Shown: positions 9,059 to 20,163 of the stretch, piece after piece
How positions within the stretch are numbered: the first letter of the stretch is position 1
How the letters are laid out: each line of letters opens with the position of its first letter
IMG/VR virus record: IMGVR_UViG_3300045988_124514
Reading direction: 5' to 3' (one strand)
Length of the DNA stretch: 41,378 nucleotides
From: a virus
Translations under genes and position numbers: made by a program
The notes under the pieces: model-generated
Told to the model about the DNA's origin: nothing
The model's input: only the letters and a program-made list of their open reading frames with translations
Database searches by the model: none

Positions 9059-10162
9059 ATGACATTAGTAGCAACTAAAATTCAGGCTATCCGTGAAAAG
9101 AACACGAGGCTTGACAAAAACGAAAATCGCTTGAGCGATTATGGTGCTTTGAACTTCTTCCGAGTTCAGAGCCAGAGAGCACCTATTCTCACCGAGAAGA
9201 TGAGAGAGGATGCAAAGAGGTCGGCAGGTGCTGACATTCAGGTTCCGGTCCTCAAGTATGACGGAACCGTATCCGTAAGCAACAGTCGTACTTGTACTGT
9301 TGCAGATGCAGAGAACACCTCTGCGCTCGTGGATGTAACTTTCGTGACTTATGCAGTAGGTTTCACGATGGTGCCGGGTCAGTATTCCAACAACGATATT
9401 GACTACGAGAAGGACTTCTGGGCAAAGATGCAGAAGTGTGCAAGGTCGCTTGGTGCTGCGCTTGATAGTGCCGCTATCTCTGCGCTCGAAAGCAACAAGA
9501 CGAAGGTATTTGCAGACACCTTGCTTTACGGCACGACTGCGGACACCCTCCAAGTGCCTTTCGGTTCACGAGAGAACATACTTGGCGACATTGAGCCGAT
9601 TATGGAGGCTAACGACTTCTACGGCAAGGTGAACATCATCGGAAACGCTGGTGTTAAGTCTATTCTCGGAAAGCTTATGGAACTTGGCACCTACAACGAG
9701 GTAGACAAGTCGCTGGAGTACGAGGGCAAGGATTTCCACTTCTCTAACCGCCTTGCAAATGCAGAGGGCAAGTATGCTACTTTCTATGCAGTAGAGGAGG
9801 GAAGTGTAGATATGCTTTACCGCTACGATAGAGCAGCCGCAAGAGGCGCACAGAGCGGTTCTCACCAGTGGGATGTTATCAATATGCCGTTTATTGACAT
9901 CCCTGTCGGTCTGCACTACTACGAGGAAGTGGGCGACCAGAGCAAGATTGCAGGAGCTGCAACTGCCGATATGGTTTGCGATGTCAAGGAATACTATGGT
10001 TTCAGCGTGGATGTTGCGTTCGTCGTAGCATACAACTCTGCACCGAATACTCTTGCAAACCCAATCATCAAGGCAGAGGTTGCAAAGGGTCTTGACTACA
10101 CTCCACAGGTAGTCATCGCCAACACCAAGGCAAATCCGGTACCTACAAAGGCGGCTGCGTAG
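9059..10162 (+). CDS. Major capsid protein (putative)
   Basis: 367 aa, follows the scaffold gene and is followed by a strong terminator. Called on position only. Confidence 0.65.
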   Translation: MTLVATKIQAIREKNTRLDKNENRLSDYGALNFFRVQSQRAPILTEKMREDAKRSAGADIQVPVLKYDGTVSVSNSRTCTVADAENTSALVDVTFVTYAVGFTMVPGQYSNNDIDYEKDFWAKMQKCARSLGAALDSAAISALESNKTKVFADTLLYGTTADTLQVPFGSRENILGDIEPIMEANDFYGKVNIIGNAGVKSILGKLMELGTYNEVDKSLEYEGKDFHFSNRLANAEGKYATFYAVEEGSVDMLYRYDRAAARGAQSGSHQWDVINMPFIDIPVGLHYYEEVGDQSKIAGAATADMVCDVKEYYGFSVDVAFVVAYNSAPNTLANPIIKAEVAKGLDYTPQVVIANTKANPVPTKAAA

Positions 10163-10186
10163 GCGCAAGAAAATAGTCTTTCAAAG

Positions 10187-10227
10187 GGGGAAAGAGAGTT
10201 GAAATAAGACTTTCTTTCTCCTTTTTT
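10187..10227 (+). terminator. Intrinsic terminator after the capsid gene
   Basis: 12-bp stem GGGGAAAGAGAG (10187-10198) / CTTTCTTTCTCC (10210-10221), including two G-U pairs, then T6. Confidence 0.75.
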
Positions 10228-10229
10228 CG

Positions 10230-10237
10230 TAAATTTG
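10230..10237 (+). promoter_or_regulatory. -7 promoter box TAAATTTG
   Basis: TAnnTTTG lies just after the terminator and 18 nt before ATG 10255. Confidence 0.45.
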
Positions 10238-10254
10238 GAAAAACAAAAATTTAT

Positions 10255-11538
10255 ATGATACGAATAAGAGAGATAGTAAATGCCTTTCAAGGCTTGGTAG
10301 GATGGGAGCAGTCCCGAGCAAAGGAGTACACCATCGGGGATGAGCTGACACAAACCGATAGCGGATTGTACTTTCAAGAGGCGCATCCTATGCTGACGCT
10401 GAGGGCGATGAAAGCAATAATGCCGAAAGACTATGTTTATCCTGAGTACAACTTACGCAAGACCTATTCCAAAGGGGATGTTGTGGCATACGAAGATGAA
10501 TTGTATCGAAGTCTTGTGGACGGAAATACAGGGCATAGTGTCTTGGACAGTGATTATTGGGAGTTATACCACGCACTGACGGAGTACATATCCAAACTCA
10601 CGGATAGTGGCATAAAGGCGGTCGTGCAAAGGTTCATCACGGAAAAGGTGGTAGGGCTTGAAACGAAGAACATCATAGACCGCAGGACACTCTTTGACGG
10701 CACAGGGCGTATAGAAAACCGCACACCGAACAAGGGTCACCTCGTAGGCTTTGAGATTACACCAGTAAGGGCAAACGGAGCGACTATGAAGTTAGAGCGC
10801 ATCGGCTTGCAGTTCACAGGGAACATAGGCAAGGTCAAGGTGTACTTGTTCCATTCTTCGCACAGAGAGCCTGTGTGGGTTAAGGAGTTCAACTACACCG
10901 CAACAAGAGGTACTTATCAGTGGTTTGACTTGCCCGAAACCTACTTGCCGTATTTCAGCCACGATTTCAATTCGGGAGGTAGTTGGTACTTGGTTTATTC
11001 GCAGGCGGAATTGCCTGACTATATGGAGAGCATCAACTTTGGCAGGGATTGGAGCAGAGAGCCGTGCGGCACTTGCAACAAGGGCGACCTCAATGTGTAT
11101 AGGGCTATGGGCAAGTGGGTGCAGTTGTCACCTTTCTATGTGAACATAGAGGATTGGGACGGCTTGCTTTGGGACATAGCGGACAACATCTACACCAATG
11201 GGGACAACTATGGACTGAACTTGCAGTTCTCTATGGGATGTGACCTGACGGACACTATCATCGCTATGCGAAATGACTTTGCCAATGTCATCCAAAAGCA
11301 GGTGGCTACCAATGCACTTAAAGCCCTTGCGATGAACCCCGAGGTGGAGGTGAACAGGGTGCAGTTCAATGCAGATAGGAACGACATCCTCTTTGAGGCG
11401 GAGGGAAATGGACAAGGCATACGAGGACTGAAAGGCGAATTGGACAGGGCGTTCAAGGCTTTGAGCATAGATACGAGGGGATTAGACCCACTTTGCTTGA
11501 CTTGTAGGAACGGAGGAATACACATAGGCTCAATATAA
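10255..11538 (+). CDS. Hypothetical structural protein, 427 aa
   Basis: ORF track, within the structural operon. Confidence 0.75.
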   Translation: MIRIREIVNAFQGLVGWEQSRAKEYTIGDELTQTDSGLYFQEAHPMLTLRAMKAIMPKDYVYPEYNLRKTYSKGDVVAYEDELYRSLVDGNTGHSVLDSDYWELYHALTEYISKLTDSGIKAVVQRFITEKVVGLETKNIIDRRTLFDGTGRIENRTPNKGHLVGFEITPVRANGATMKLERIGLQFTGNIGKVKVYLFHSSHREPVWVKEFNYTATRGTYQWFDLPETYLPYFSHDFNSGGSWYLVYSQAELPDYMESINFGRDWSREPCGTCNKGDLNVYRAMGKWVQLSPFYVNIEDWDGLLWDIADNIYTNGDNYGLNLQFSMGCDLTDTIIAMRNDFANVIQKQVATNALKALAMNPEVEVNRVQFNADRNDILFEAEGNGQGIRGLKGELDRAFKALSIDTRGLDPLCLTCRNGGIHIGSI

Positions 11539-12041
11539 TGTTAGATGCGCTTACGGAAATAGAAAGGGGAATAACTTCCTTTTGCGACAATATGGACAGC
11601 ATTGTGAGGGACAGCTTGTTTGCTCGCAAGGAGGAGTTGTTGGATATGCAGAGGGAGCAGTTATTTGAGGGCAAATCTTCCAGCGGTGAGGATTTGCGTC
11701 CCTCCTATTCCGAGGACATAAAGCCGGGTGGATACTTCAACACCTTGCAGGCAGCGGAAAACTACAAGAAGTGGAAAGAGCAATTGACCTATCCGTCCGA
11801 TGCGGTACGCAACCCAGATGCACCGAACCTCTATATCAACGGCAAGTTTCATCTTGAATTGGACATAGAGTTTGCGGATGAGTATTTGTGTTTTTGTGGC
11901 AGTACGAGTTACTCACGAAAGATTATAAATAAGTACGGAGAGGGCAATTTCGGATTGACGAAAGAGCGGTGGGGAGAAGTGTCGGAGGAATACATTAAGC
12001 CAGATTTGGTAAGGAATTTTTTTGAAATGATAGAGATATGA
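11538..12041 (+). CDS. Hypothetical structural protein, 167 aa
   Basis: ORF track. TAATG coupling. Confidence 0.7.
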   Translation: MLDALTEIERGITSFCDNMDSIVRDSLFARKEELLDMQREQLFEGKSSSGEDLRPSYSEDIKPGGYFNTLQAAENYKKWKEQLTYPSDAVRNPDAPNLYINGKFHLELDIEFADEYLCFCGSTSYSRKIINKYGEGNFGLTKERWGEVSEEYIKPDLVRNFFEMIEI

Positions 12042-12700
12042 AAGTTTACATTAAGGAAGATAGTCGCCTGTTCGATGCGTCCGTGGCGCAAATTCAGTTG
12101 CGTTTGGCGCAAAACATAGGTTGGTTGGACAACATCTTCGGATTGACGGAGCGATTGACGGAGCGCAAGGACGGAAAGACCTTTACGAGCGCAAACATCT
12201 ACACGAACAATGGCAGGTACATACAGGTAATGCCGTGTGCGGGGTTGGGCAATTTTTGTTTCTTCTACTTGCGTGACCCACAAAGCGTATGGGAGAAGTC
12301 CGCAAGTGTGCTAAAAAGCCCGTTTTCAGTGGTTTTTTGGTACGATGTGGACAAAGTATCGTCTTCGCCAGCAAAACGCAATAGAGAGGCGGTTAAGGAG
12401 CAAATAATGGCAGTTTTGGGGCAGTTTCATCTTCGTGGAGTGACTTACTCTCTTGAATACATCTACGAGCAACCGCAAAATGTGTTCAAGGACTTCGACT
12501 ACGACCACAAGGTCAATCAGTTCTTGATGCATCCATACGGAGGATTGAGGATAGACGGAGAATTGAGGGTGAATGTGCCTTGCCTAAAAGCTATGTTCGG
12601 AGATTTCAATAACGACTACAATCTTGACTTCAATGTGGATAAGTTGGCTCAGTATCTTCGTGGAGATTACAATTTGGAATTTGACATAGATTTGATATGA
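12038..12700 (+). CDS. Hypothetical structural protein, 220 aa
   Basis: ORF track. ATGA coupling. Confidence 0.7.
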   Translation: MKVYIKEDSRLFDASVAQIQLRLAQNIGWLDNIFGLTERLTERKDGKTFTSANIYTNNGRYIQVMPCAGLGNFCFFYLRDPQSVWEKSASVLKSPFSVVFWYDVDKVSSSPAKRNREAVKEQIMAVLGQFHLRGVTYSLEYIYEQPQNVFKDFDYDHKVNQFLMHPYGGLRIDGELRVNVPCLKAMFGDFNNDYNLDFNVDKLAQYLRGDYNLEFDIDLI

Positions 12701-12945
12701 TAGAGTTCGGAATAGCAGTAGTATTAGTGGCTTTGTTCGTGAAGTTCTTGCGGACATTAGCGGAGAAATGGGGCATTTTGTCCTACTTGCAGGCGCACGC
12801 ACCAAACGACTTCCTCTACAAATTGTTTTCTTGTTCGTTTTGTCAGTCCTTTTGGTTGGGATTGGGTGTTTGCATCGTGTTGGTGTTGCTTGGTGCACCG
12901 ATTTATTGGTTGAGTATTCCTATTTTTAGTTGCAACATACGATGA
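12697..12945 (+). CDS. Small membrane protein, 82 aa
   Basis: Hydrophobic segments IEFGIAVVLVALFV and FWLGLGVCIVLVLLGAPIYWL. ATGA coupling. Confidence 0.6.
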   Translation: MIEFGIAVVLVALFVKFLRTLAEKWGILSYLQAHAPNDFLYKLFSCSFCQSFWLGLGVCIVLVLLGAPIYWLSIPIFSCNIR

Positions 12946-13697
12946 AAGAAGAAAAGATAAACGGACATAGGTTCGAGTTCTACGATAGCATAGAAGACCT
13001 ACCGATAGTGCGCTTCCACAAGTATAGCAAGTATATGATGGTGGCGAGTGGAATTGGGGATAGCATAGCGGATGTGGATGAGCACATTGAGCGGATAATG
13101 AAGTTGATAGACTTTGACACCGCAAAGGCAAAGAGGGAATTGTTGAATATGCGCCACAACATAGTCACCATATTGAATGAGCAGGACATCCGCCACATAG
13201 GCTTTATGTACTTCGTGTATTCGGTGGACGGCAAGGTTTGGGAGGATTTTTCCGACAGCGGAGTATACAAGCTATACGAGATGGTTATGGACGCATCGGA
13301 ATTGGCTATGGCAAGGGCAGAAAGGGGCATTAGAGAGCGATTGGACGAGGAGTTGAGGGATTACTTCCCTCAGGTATTTGAGAGCGAAAATAAGAACCTT
13401 TTAGACTATGCACGAAAGCGAGCCTTGTTGCAGGTAGATGAGGTGCTGAATGATACTGACAATTCTGCGGAGATAGCGAAGTTGGGAGAGTTGTTGAGCA
13501 TTGGCTACAAGCCTTTGGTGTTTGACGGCAAGGCGAGTGTGGAATTGCAGTTTGACAAGCAGTTCGAGCAGATGTGCTTAGCATTGAGCAAGGAGTTCGG
13601 AGGAAAGGCAAAGGAGTATTCCGTTATGGAGTATTATTCCGCCTACGAGCGATTAGAAAGGATAAACAAAGAGTTGGAACGAATAAAAAAGAAGTGA
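12942..13697 (+). CDS. Hypothetical protein upstream of the tape measure gene (possible assembly chaperone)
   Basis: The track ORF starts at TTG 12930. ATG 12942 forms an ATGA overlap with the previous stop. Confidence 0.65.
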   Translation: MKEEKINGHRFEFYDSIEDLPIVRFHKYSKYMMVASGIGDSIADVDEHIERIMKLIDFDTAKAKRELLNMRHNIVTILNEQDIRHIGFMYFVYSVDGKVWEDFSDSGVYKLYEMVMDASELAMARAERGIRERLDEELRDYFPQVFESENKNLLDYARKRALLQVDEVLNDTDNSAEIAKLGELLSIGYKPLVFDGKASVELQFDKQFEQMCLALSKEFGGKAKEYSVMEYYSAYERLERINKELERIKKK

Positions 13698-13698
13698 T

Positions 13699-16600
13699 AT
13701 GGACAACAACAAAATACATTATAGCGACCTTGTCAGTCCAGATGTGCAACAGGGTTTTGAAAGTTGGATAGACCAAATCAAGCAGTTGCAGGCACAGAGC
13801 GAAGTATCCATTGGGGAAATCAAGAAGAAAATGGAAGAACTCCGCAAGCAGATGACTACACCGAGCAGAGGTGGCAACATCCCCAAGCCGAACACACAGC
13901 CTGTTGTGGACGAGATAGACAAACTGCGTGAGGTCTACAAGAACCTAAAAGTGGATGTGAAGTTGTACGACGAAGCAATCAAGGCTTTGAACAATAGCGA
14001 GAGGGAGCGCAAGAGGGTACTGCAAGCGAATGTAGAGATAGGGCGGTCGAGGGAAAATTCATACGATAGACTTTCCGCTCAATACACTGCGCTGAAAACC
14101 CTCGTAAACAATATGACCACTGCGGAGAGAGAGCAGACGGATGCAGGAAAGAAACTTGTAGAAAACCTTAAAGACATCTACGAGAGGATGAACGCTATGC
14201 AGCAGGCTACTGGTAAGTTCCAATTACAGGTCGGTCAGTATAGCAAGGCGGTCAGTGGTTTGAATATCGCGACCACGCAAGTATTACGAGAGTTGCCGGC
14301 ACTTGCGGTCAGTCCGACCACCTTTGCGATAGCCCTCTCCAACAACATCCCTATCATGCAGGACTATATTATCAAGGTAAGGGAGAGCCGAACTGCGCTT
14401 ATGGAGCAGATAGCAGCAGCAGAAGCAGCAGGAGAAGCCGAGAAAGCGGCTGCACTGAAAGCGGAAGCGGCTAAATACAAAAATCTATCCGTTACGAAGT
14501 TGTTGGTTAAATCCATTTTCTCTTGGCAGTCTGCATTGGTGCTTGTATTGACTGTCCTACCTTTATTTTTGAGGAACTTGGCGAAGAAGCGCAAGGAGCA
14601 GTCGGAGTACAACGATGTGCTCAAAGAAACGATAGACCTACAAAATGAACTTTCCAAAGCGGACTTGAAGGCAAGTCAAGAGGGCGCAAAGGCGGCTACA
14701 AAGGCAAAGACCCTCTACAACATTTCGCAAGACTTGAATAGGAGTTACGAGGAAAGGATTGCATCGGCAACCGAATTAAAGAGGTTATATCCCGAATACT
14801 TAAACAATGTGGATGCGGAAGCCATTGTAGCAGGAAAGGCGGCTGGTGCGTACGATAAACTCACCGAAGCACTTATACGGAGGGCAAAAGCACAAGTCTA
14901 TTTGAACAAGATTTCGGAAACCGAGGAAAAGAAGATGATTGCCATTACCGCAAAGGAAAAGGCATTAGCGGAGGCGGAAAAGAAGAATTATGATACATAC
15001 ATCGTTCAAAGTTCGGCTGGTGCTACTGTTGCAAGACGCACGGAAGAACAAGCGAGGTTAGCAAAGGAAACGGAGATAAATAAAATAACATCCGAATACG
15101 ATGCGAAGATTAAGGAATATGACAACTATATGAAAGAGCTGGAAAGCCGCATCAGTGGCTTTGGTTTGCTTTCGGATAGTACAGGCAGTGGAGCAGGTGG
15201 CAAGGATACGAAGATAGGCGACTACTTCTTCGACCTGATGAACGAGTATGTCAATGCTATGGATGACGGATTGGGCAAGGCTTTGGCTAAACTCACCCTC
15301 TCGTATAGGCAGTCGGAGAAGAAGTACGAGGATGCACGAAACGAACTTTTAGAAAAGCAGAAGACCGCAGATGCAAAGGAGCGAGAAGAAATAGACAAAC
15401 AACTTACCTACATCAATAATGCTATTGTTGCATCTCGTGCTGCATATATGAAAGAGCGAAAGAAACTCCTATTGACGGAGGTGCCTGAGGTGAATGAAGA
15501 ATTTGTGGATGAGGAATTTGTTGCGTTAAAAACGCAATTAGAGCAGGAGAAAGCACTTCGTGATAGTGCTATCTATGCTACCTATGAAGCGCAGGCAAAG
15601 AGTGGCAAGGACTTGGAGTTATTGAAGAAAAACACCAACGATGCACTCTTGCAGTCGGAAATTAAGTATTGGACTGACTACTTGCAGATACTGAAAGATA
15701 GTGGCAACCTCACCATAGAGGAGTACAACAAGGTCTTCGCCAAATTGATGAGCTTACAAGGGAAGACCGAGACTACCGCAACAAAGGAGCAAAAACGAAA
15801 GAAGAGGAAGAACTATGGCGGTATCTTTGAGATTATTGCCGCTTATAGCGATGAGTATGGCGAAAAGGACAAGAATGAGAACCGCAAGGTACAGGACAAG
15901 TACATAGACTACTTCAAGAACATAGACAGGGCGATGTTGAAAAGTCTTGGCTATATGAAAGACTGGATGGAAACGAGGGTGAAAATGGCGGAGATTGCGG
16001 TGGAGAGTGCAAAGAAAGAGCAGGATGCCGCCAAAACTCTCTTGGAGTACGAATTGGAGGCGAGAGCCAATGGATTTGCCAACAATGTTTCCTATGCACG
16101 CAAGGAGTACGAGGAAAAGAGGAAGCTCACGAAGAAAGCAGCACAGGATGCGCAGGAATTGGCACGAATACAGAGGGCGATAGACACCGCACAACAAATT
16201 CAGTCGCTTATCACCGCTACCGCTAACATCTGGTCGGCAGAGGGAAAGAAAGGAGCGGCAGGTATCCCTTTGGCTTTGGCGGCTATTGGTGCTATGTGGA
16301 TTTCTTTCGGAGCAGCAAAGATAAGGGCGGAGCAGTTAGCCAACGCACAGACGGAGCAGTACGGAGAGGGTATGAGTGAGTATTTGAATTATGGTGGTTC
16401 GCACGCAAGCGGACACGACATAGACTTCGGTCGCAAGCCTGACGGCACAAGGCGCAGAGTGGAGAGAGGGGAGATGATAGGTGTCATCAACAAGCGGAAT
16501 GTGAACAAGTACGGAGTGGAGAGGGTGTCCGACATTATTTCTTCGCTCAATCACGGAACATTTGAGCAGTCCTATGGAAATGCCTTTGGTGGGAATATCA

Positions 16601-16740
16601 CAATTCCACAAGGAGCCGACCTACACAAGCTGGAAAAGGGAGTGAGCGACCTTGTCGAGCAGGGAGGTCAAAAGGTTGTCAATGTAGGCGGAAAGACCAT
16701 AATGTACTATAAGAACACAAAGAAAATCATAAGGAGTTAA
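13699..16740 (+). CDS. Tape-measure-like protein, 1013 aa
   Basis: Longest ORF in the window. Long E/K/A helical stretches with two hydrophobic segments (LVLVLTVLPLFL; IPLALAAIGAMWISFGAA). Lies upstream of the tail and fibre genes. Confidence 0.55.
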   Translation: MDNNKIHYSDLVSPDVQQGFESWIDQIKQLQAQSEVSIGEIKKKMEELRKQMTTPSRGGNIPKPNTQPVVDEIDKLREVYKNLKVDVKLYDEAIKALNNSERERKRVLQANVEIGRSRENSYDRLSAQYTALKTLVNNMTTAEREQTDAGKKLVENLKDIYERMNAMQQATGKFQLQVGQYSKAVSGLNIATTQVLRELPALAVSPTTFAIALSNNIPIMQDYIIKVRESRTALMEQIAAAEAAGEAEKAAALKAEAAKYKNLSVTKLLVKSIFSWQSALVLVLTVLPLFLRNLAKKRKEQSEYNDVLKETIDLQNELSKADLKASQEGAKAATKAKTLYNISQDLNRSYEERIASATELKRLYPEYLNNVDAEAIVAGKAAGAYDKLTEALIRRAKAQVYLNKISETEEKKMIAITAKEKALAEAEKKNYDTYIVQSSAGATVARRTEEQARLAKETEINKITSEYDAKIKEYDNYMKELESRISGFGLLSDSTGSGAGGKDTKIGDYFFDLMNEYVNAMDDGLGKALAKLTLSYRQSEKKYEDARNELLEKQKTADAKEREEIDKQLTYINNAIVASRAAYMKERKKLLLTEVPEVNEEFVDEEFVALKTQLEQEKALRDSAIYATYEAQAKSGKDLELLKKNTNDALLQSEIKYWTDYLQILKDSGNLTIEEYNKVFAKLMSLQGKTETTATKEQKRKKRKNYGGIFEIIAAYSDEYGEKDKNENRKVQDKYIDYFKNIDRAMLKSLGYMKDWMETRVKMAEIAVESAKKEQDAAKTLLEYELEARANGFANNVSYARKEYEEKRKLTKKAAQDAQELARIQRAIDTAQQIQSLITATANIWSAEGKKGAAGIPLALAAIGAMWISFGAAKIRAEQLANAQTEQYGEGMSEYLNYGGSHASGHDIDFGRKPDGTRRRVERGEMIGVINKRNVNKYGVERVSDIISSLNHGTFEQSYGNAFGGNITIPQGADLHKLEKGVSDLVEQGGQKVVNVGGKTIMYYKNTKKIIRS

Positions 16741-16744
16741 GACT

Positions 16745-18907
16745 ATGCAACCGAATTATAGATTTACTTTACGCAAGGGGAACACTACTTCACAAAGGAG
16801 GGTGTACCCTTTGTTCAACGATGATGTTACCCTCAAATGGGAGCACGATAACGGAGAATACTACTTCCGTAAGAAACTTTCGGGGACTTTCACCTTTGTC
16901 AATGATGACTTTGACTTTGTGTACAATTCCGATATTGAAACGGAGTTTGTATTGTTGGTGTACGAGGATGCTCAACTCCTATGGGAGGGCAGGTTCTACA
17001 AGACGGATTGCGTATTCAACATAGACAATAGGACATTTACTGCAAGCCCAGAGATGACAGACATCTATTCGGATGTATTGAGCGGAATAGAAAAGGAGTT
17101 TGATTTGGTGAAGTTATTTCCCGAGATACAGGCTATTCAGTTGGACAAACGCAGTATGATACAAATCTATGCGCTTGGTGAGAGCAGTGTATCTTGTTTC
17201 TTTCAGGGGATGACTTGGGAGCAGCCTTGTACAGAGGTGGACAGCGCAGCGGATATGGAGAACAAGTATTTCTTTGCACCAATTCGGTCGCATAGGGTAG
17301 TAAGTTTGAGCGGAAAGACCACACCGCAAGTGCCATATGCTATGTACGGAGCAATCCCCACGGAAAGGGAGTGGTCTATGCAAAAGGACGGATACAAGTT
17401 CGAGGTGATAGTATCAACCTTTTCGCAAGGTGCAAACTTCGTATATACTATAAAAAGGATATCCGACAATACCATATTGTGGCAGTTCGTAAATTCAAAC
17501 TATCCGAAGACCTCTTTCACAATGCAGCCGAAGAACGGAGCCGTAGGGACTTTGGATGTGGAGATAAAGGACATCTCTTTCTATGGCAGATACCTATGCG
17601 ATGTGGAAGAAGTGACGATTGGCAGTCAGACCTACCATCCAGCGAAGTTGTCAAGCCAAGATATGGTGAGCGACAATAGGAATTTTCGCAGGGCTTTTGG
17701 GTATCAGTATGACAATACAATCACCATATATGATAAGATTACCTCGAAGACTTCCGAATGGTTCTATGATGATGGGTTGTACTATCAAAAGCCACCTGTC
17801 ACTCCGAGCGCAGGTGTTCCGAATTACTATCCGATTGCGAAGACCTATTGGACTGGGCTTTCATATTGGTTCAGCTTTGCGAGCGATGACATACTATTAG
17901 AGCCACTTCTTCGCAAGGAGTACACCTTGAAAGACGCATATCCGCTATCGTCAGTGATAGATAGGCTATTGCAGGAGGTCACGAGCAAGTCAGGTTATGG
18001 CATTTCTTTCTATGGAGAGCCAAAGTATAGTCAGTTCCTGTACGATACTTTCAACCCGATAGACACGGATGCGAATTACAAGTTGTTCATTACGCAGAAG
18101 TCCAACATCCTTGCAGGCGAGTACGAGCAGCCGGCACAAAAGGCGGTCATCACCTTGCGTCAGGTCTTGGATATGCTAAGAGATGCGTTTAGGTGCTATT
18201 GGTGGATAGAGTGGGATGATGAGGAGGGCGAGTACGCATTTCACATAGAGCATATTTCGTACTTTATGAATGGCGGAGCATATTTCTCCACTCCGAATGT
18301 AGGCATAGACTTGACGCAGTTAGTCAATCCGAGGAACGGCAAGAAGTGGTCTTATATGGTCAATCAAGTGAAGTACAACAAGGACGAATTGCCAGAGCGG
18401 TACGAGTTCAAGTGGGCGGATGACACCACCGAATACTTTGAGGGCAATCCGATAGAGATAGAGAGCAAGTATGTAAAGAGCGGAGAGATAGAGAGTGTTG
18501 TTGTCAATAGGTTCAATTCGGACTTGGACTATATGTTGCTCAATCCGTCAGCGAGCGAGAGCGACGGCTTTGCGCTCATCAGTGCGGTGAAGAACAACGG
18601 AAAGTGGAAAGTACCATACTTGCAGATTAGCGATGACATCACCTTGCAGAACGGCTTTCTTTCTTTCTACCGACTGCAAAAGTTTTACTTGTACGATATG
18701 CCAGCTTGGAGTATCAAGGTGAACGGAGTGCAGGTGCGAAGTAACGACATCAAGAAGTCTATGACGCAAGAGGTGATATGCCCATATAGGGAATTTGACT
18801 TGCAGGAATTGGTGCGTACCGAGGTCGGAGATGGACAGATAGATGCCGTAACGATGAACATAGATAGCAAGATGTTAGAAATTTCATTGGTTTTTACACC
18901 AAAATAA
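16745..18907 (+). CDS. Tail or distal-tail protein (putative), 720 aa
   Basis: Large ORF directly after the tape-measure-like gene. Confidence 0.6.
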   Translation: MQPNYRFTLRKGNTTSQRRVYPLFNDDVTLKWEHDNGEYYFRKKLSGTFTFVNDDFDFVYNSDIETEFVLLVYEDAQLLWEGRFYKTDCVFNIDNRTFTASPEMTDIYSDVLSGIEKEFDLVKLFPEIQAIQLDKRSMIQIYALGESSVSCFFQGMTWEQPCTEVDSAADMENKYFFAPIRSHRVVSLSGKTTPQVPYAMYGAIPTEREWSMQKDGYKFEVIVSTFSQGANFVYTIKRISDNTILWQFVNSNYPKTSFTMQPKNGAVGTLDVEIKDISFYGRYLCDVEEVTIGSQTYHPAKLSSQDMVSDNRNFRRAFGYQYDNTITIYDKITSKTSEWFYDDGLYYQKPPVTPSAGVPNYYPIAKTYWTGLSYWFSFASDDILLEPLLRKEYTLKDAYPLSSVIDRLLQEVTSKSGYGISFYGEPKYSQFLYDTFNPIDTDANYKLFITQKSNILAGEYEQPAQKAVITLRQVLDMLRDAFRCYWWIEWDDEEGEYAFHIEHISYFMNGGAYFSTPNVGIDLTQLVNPRNGKKWSYMVNQVKYNKDELPERYEFKWADDTTEYFEGNPIEIESKYVKSGEIESVVVNRFNSDLDYMLLNPSASESDGFALISAVKNNGKWKVPYLQISDDITLQNGFLSFYRLQKFYLYDMPAWSIKVNGVQVRSNDIKKSMTQEVICPYREFDLQELVRTEVGDGQIDAVTMNIDSKMLEISLVFTPK

Positions 18908-18919
18908 AGAAAAAAAAAC

Positions 18920-18927
18920 TATCTTTG
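18920..18927 (+). promoter_or_regulatory. -7 promoter box TATCTTTG
   Basis: TAnnTTTG lies 45 nt before ATG 18972. Confidence 0.45.
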
Positions 18928-18971
18928 TAGCAAGGAGAAAGGGTTACTCTTTGCAGTAAATCTAAAAGGAT

Positions 18972-20144
18972 ATGAGTAACAGGAACAACATTTCTCCTTT
19001 TCCGTTTTTTTTAGACAAGGGAGAACAAACAAAGTGGTATGCTTTCGGGAGGGATTACATCTATCTTTCTCCGAAGAGATACATCTTGCCTTTCCAGATA
19101 CAAAGGGCGGAGAGAAAGGACTTCGCTCCGTCCGATGCGATTGCATCCGAGTACATAGATGGCTACCTCGACAAGAACGGCAACCTTGTGGAGCAGAGCG
19201 GTCTTAATGCAGGCGTGGGCAGCATAGATGCGAGCGAGATTACTAACGGCTATTTGTATATCAACAATATGCCGTCACCTATCTTCTATCAAGAAATCAC
19301 CACGAGAGTTCAAGGAGCGCAGATTTCGTTTGTGAATGGGAGCGGAAATGTGTTAAAGGTAGAAAACCCTATTACGGAATTAGGTAACACCACTTGGAGT
19401 GGAATGGTGGCTATTCCGCAAGGTACTGCAACTATCTATGTAACTCAGTACAACAAATTAGTGTCGGAGGAAAATGCTACCTACAACAAGGTTGCTATCA
19501 CTCCGAAGACGATAAAGAGTGCAGTCTTGCGAGATGCGAAAACCGATGCAAAGATAGCGGACTTGGCTTTGGCTTTTTCGTATATCACTATTGAGAGAAA
19601 AGAATACATAGTCCACAAAGGCGAAGAAACAGCCTTTTTAGAGGGCCTTACTGACAAGATGTACTTGGAGTTGTCTGACGGCATTGACACTTGGCATTCG
19701 GCTTATTTTGGCTTTTGTGAGCCTTGTATGAAGATAGAGTGGTACGATGTGGAGGATTTTCTTTTCGACGCAGGTGCAATAGTCTATTCGGACGGATACA
19801 AGAATGAGATGTTCTTCGATGCGGAGATAGGTATGCCTGAATACGAGTTTGAGGAAGAGGTGGCGGAGCGAAATGGCTACCAATTCCCAATTAGTCAGAT
19901 TTCCTACAAGAAATACAAATTCACCTTGCTTGTTCCAGAAGAGGTATGCGATGTGATGCGTTTCATCCGATTGAGCGACCACATACGCATTTCCACGAAG
20001 AATGACACCTACGAGGCTACTTCTTTCCTTATGACACCGACTTGGGCGGAGCAGGGATACCTTGCGGAGGTTGCGTGTGAGTTCACAACGGACACTGTTG
20101 CGAAGAAGATAGGAAAGGGCGTTACCATAGCAAAGAATGTTTAA
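18972..20144 (+). CDS. Tail-associated protein (putative), 390 aa
   Basis: ORF track, within the tail module. Confidence 0.65.
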   Translation: MSNRNNISPFPFFLDKGEQTKWYAFGRDYIYLSPKRYILPFQIQRAERKDFAPSDAIASEYIDGYLDKNGNLVEQSGLNAGVGSIDASEITNGYLYINNMPSPIFYQEITTRVQGAQISFVNGSGNVLKVENPITELGNTTWSGMVAIPQGTATIYVTQYNKLVSEENATYNKVAITPKTIKSAVLRDAKTDAKIADLALAFSYITIERKEYIVHKGEETAFLEGLTDKMYLELSDGIDTWHSAYFGFCEPCMKIEWYDVEDFLFDAGAIVYSDGYKNEMFFDAEIGMPEYEFEEEVAERNGYQFPISQISYKKYKFTLLVPEEVCDVMRFIRLSDHIRISTKNDTYEATSFLMTPTWAEQGYLAEVACEFTTDTVAKKIGKGVTIAKNV

Positions 20145-20163
20145 CGAATAAAAATCACTGATT

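Noticed and set aside
13719-16611. Several antisense or alternate-frame ORFs inside the tape-measure-like gene (for example 15754..16197 -, 14364..14657 -)
   Set aside because: They are fully embedded in a long, motif-consistent + strand ORF, and their translations are low-complexity. The same reasoning applies to embedded ORFs in the terL, portal, capsid, fibre and dnaB genes.
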